Origin: Nemertoderma westbladi
Lineage: Eukaryota; Animalia; Xenacoelomorpha
DNA length: 64,000 nucleotides
Direction of reading: 5' to 3'
Assembly (NCBI GenBank): GCA_032718475.1
Contig: JAUCBJ010001088.1
Span: forward strand, 85,581-149,580
Positions 63,001 to 64,000 of this stretch are shown one piece after another (position 1 is the stretch's first letter; each line of letters opens with the position of its first letter). A model generated the notes under the pieces. That model worked only from the letters and a program-made list of their open reading frames with translations. It did no database searches and was not told the DNA's origin. Made by a program: the position numbers and the translations under genes.

Positions 63001-63316
63001 ACCAGTAGTCCAGGCCTTCGGTAAGTATCCAATTAGAATGATCTTACCTACAACCCTGCCACTTATACAGGTACTATAATACCAGTAGTCCATGCCTTTG
63101 GTAAGTATCCAATTAGAAGGATCTTACCTACTACCCTGCCACTTGTACAGATAGGTGTACTATAATACCAGTAGTCCAGGCCTTCGGTAAGTATCCTATT
63201 AGAAGGATCTTACCTACTACCCTGCCACTTGTACAGGTACTATAATACCAGTAGTCCAGGCCTTCGGTAAGTATCCAATTAGAAGGATCTTACCTACTAC
63301 CCTGCCTCTTGTACAG
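60075..63316. repeat. 80-bp satellite array, about 40 units
   Basis: gtaagtatccaattagaaggatcttacctacaaccctgccacttgtacaggtactataataccagtagtccaggccttcg; period 80 (60132, 60212, ...). Confidence 0.97.
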
Positions 63317-64000
63317 TCCCAATCCCAATAAACATTAACTTGGTCGTTTTGGCGGCCAAAATGACCAAAATCGCCAAAAAAAATGTAGTGTATTTCTATG
63401 GGCTACTTGGTCGTTTTGGCGAAGCGATTTAACTCGACTCAGTCAAGTCCAGACAGCCCGTCTCCTTGGACATCCATTTGGTTGCTCTGACTAAATGTCG
63501 GCTCGCTTTCATTTTTATTATTGACAGATTGTTAACTTACCTGGAGCTGAGACGGGCCTTTCAGTTGTAGTAAAGACCACCCACTGAGGCATTGATACAG
63601 CACAGGCTAATACGTAATAAGGGAGTTAGTTGAATGCGGCTTTGTTAAAAGGAGGACTGGAGGAGTATGTATAATAATCGGATTTTGTGTGTTATTATTA
63701 GATAATCACTTCTCACCTTTTCCTTTGTGTAGCTTCAGTTTAGAGTCATTATGAAATAGCAACGTGTTCTGTATGAAGGCGTCCTAATTATAGTTTTATA
63801 GTTAGAAGCTGGGTCTGTGACAGGGCGAGAGGTAGCTATTAAATAGCGACACTCAGTCTCGAACGAGTTCGGTATACTGATGTAATTCAGATTAGACGGC
63901 GCGGCCTATTTCTAGTAGCTGGGTCTGAATTCGAGGGCGATGTAACTGAAAACATTATAATATCAGGCTCTGTGCTAACAGTCAACAGAGTCGGCATATT

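Overview
AT-rich, repeat-dominated animal genomic DNA, probably a marine invertebrate (inferred from a GalEa-type Copia, a CRE-type LINE and a FReD gene); no CRISPR, rRNA or bona fide tRNA seen. One host gene can be assembled from the sequence: a 4-exon secreted fibrinogen-domain protein (5758-15156) with an intact piggyBac (10109-12838) in intron 1. The rest is nested mobile DNA: head-to-tail non-autonomous Helitron-like elements (1-5075, 43894-46435), a CRE-clade non-LTR element (about 36510-46715) split by a young GalEa-type Copia (37848-43030), a decayed BEL/Pao, several CR1/L2-type LINE pieces, tRNA-derived SINEs, MITEs and many satellites. Most notable observations: (1) a type I hammerhead ribozyme between Pol III A and B boxes, where a tRNA anticodon arm would be (52948-53049); (2) two unrelated Helitron-like families carrying about 147-152 bp periodic arrays of CTCF-like or RFX X-box motifs; (3) a 60-bp satellite that derives from a SINE 3' tail; (4) an 80-bp satellite whose unit reads as a 50-nt GT-AG intron plus a 30-nt exon. 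All calls are by eye and boundaries of decayed elements are approximate.
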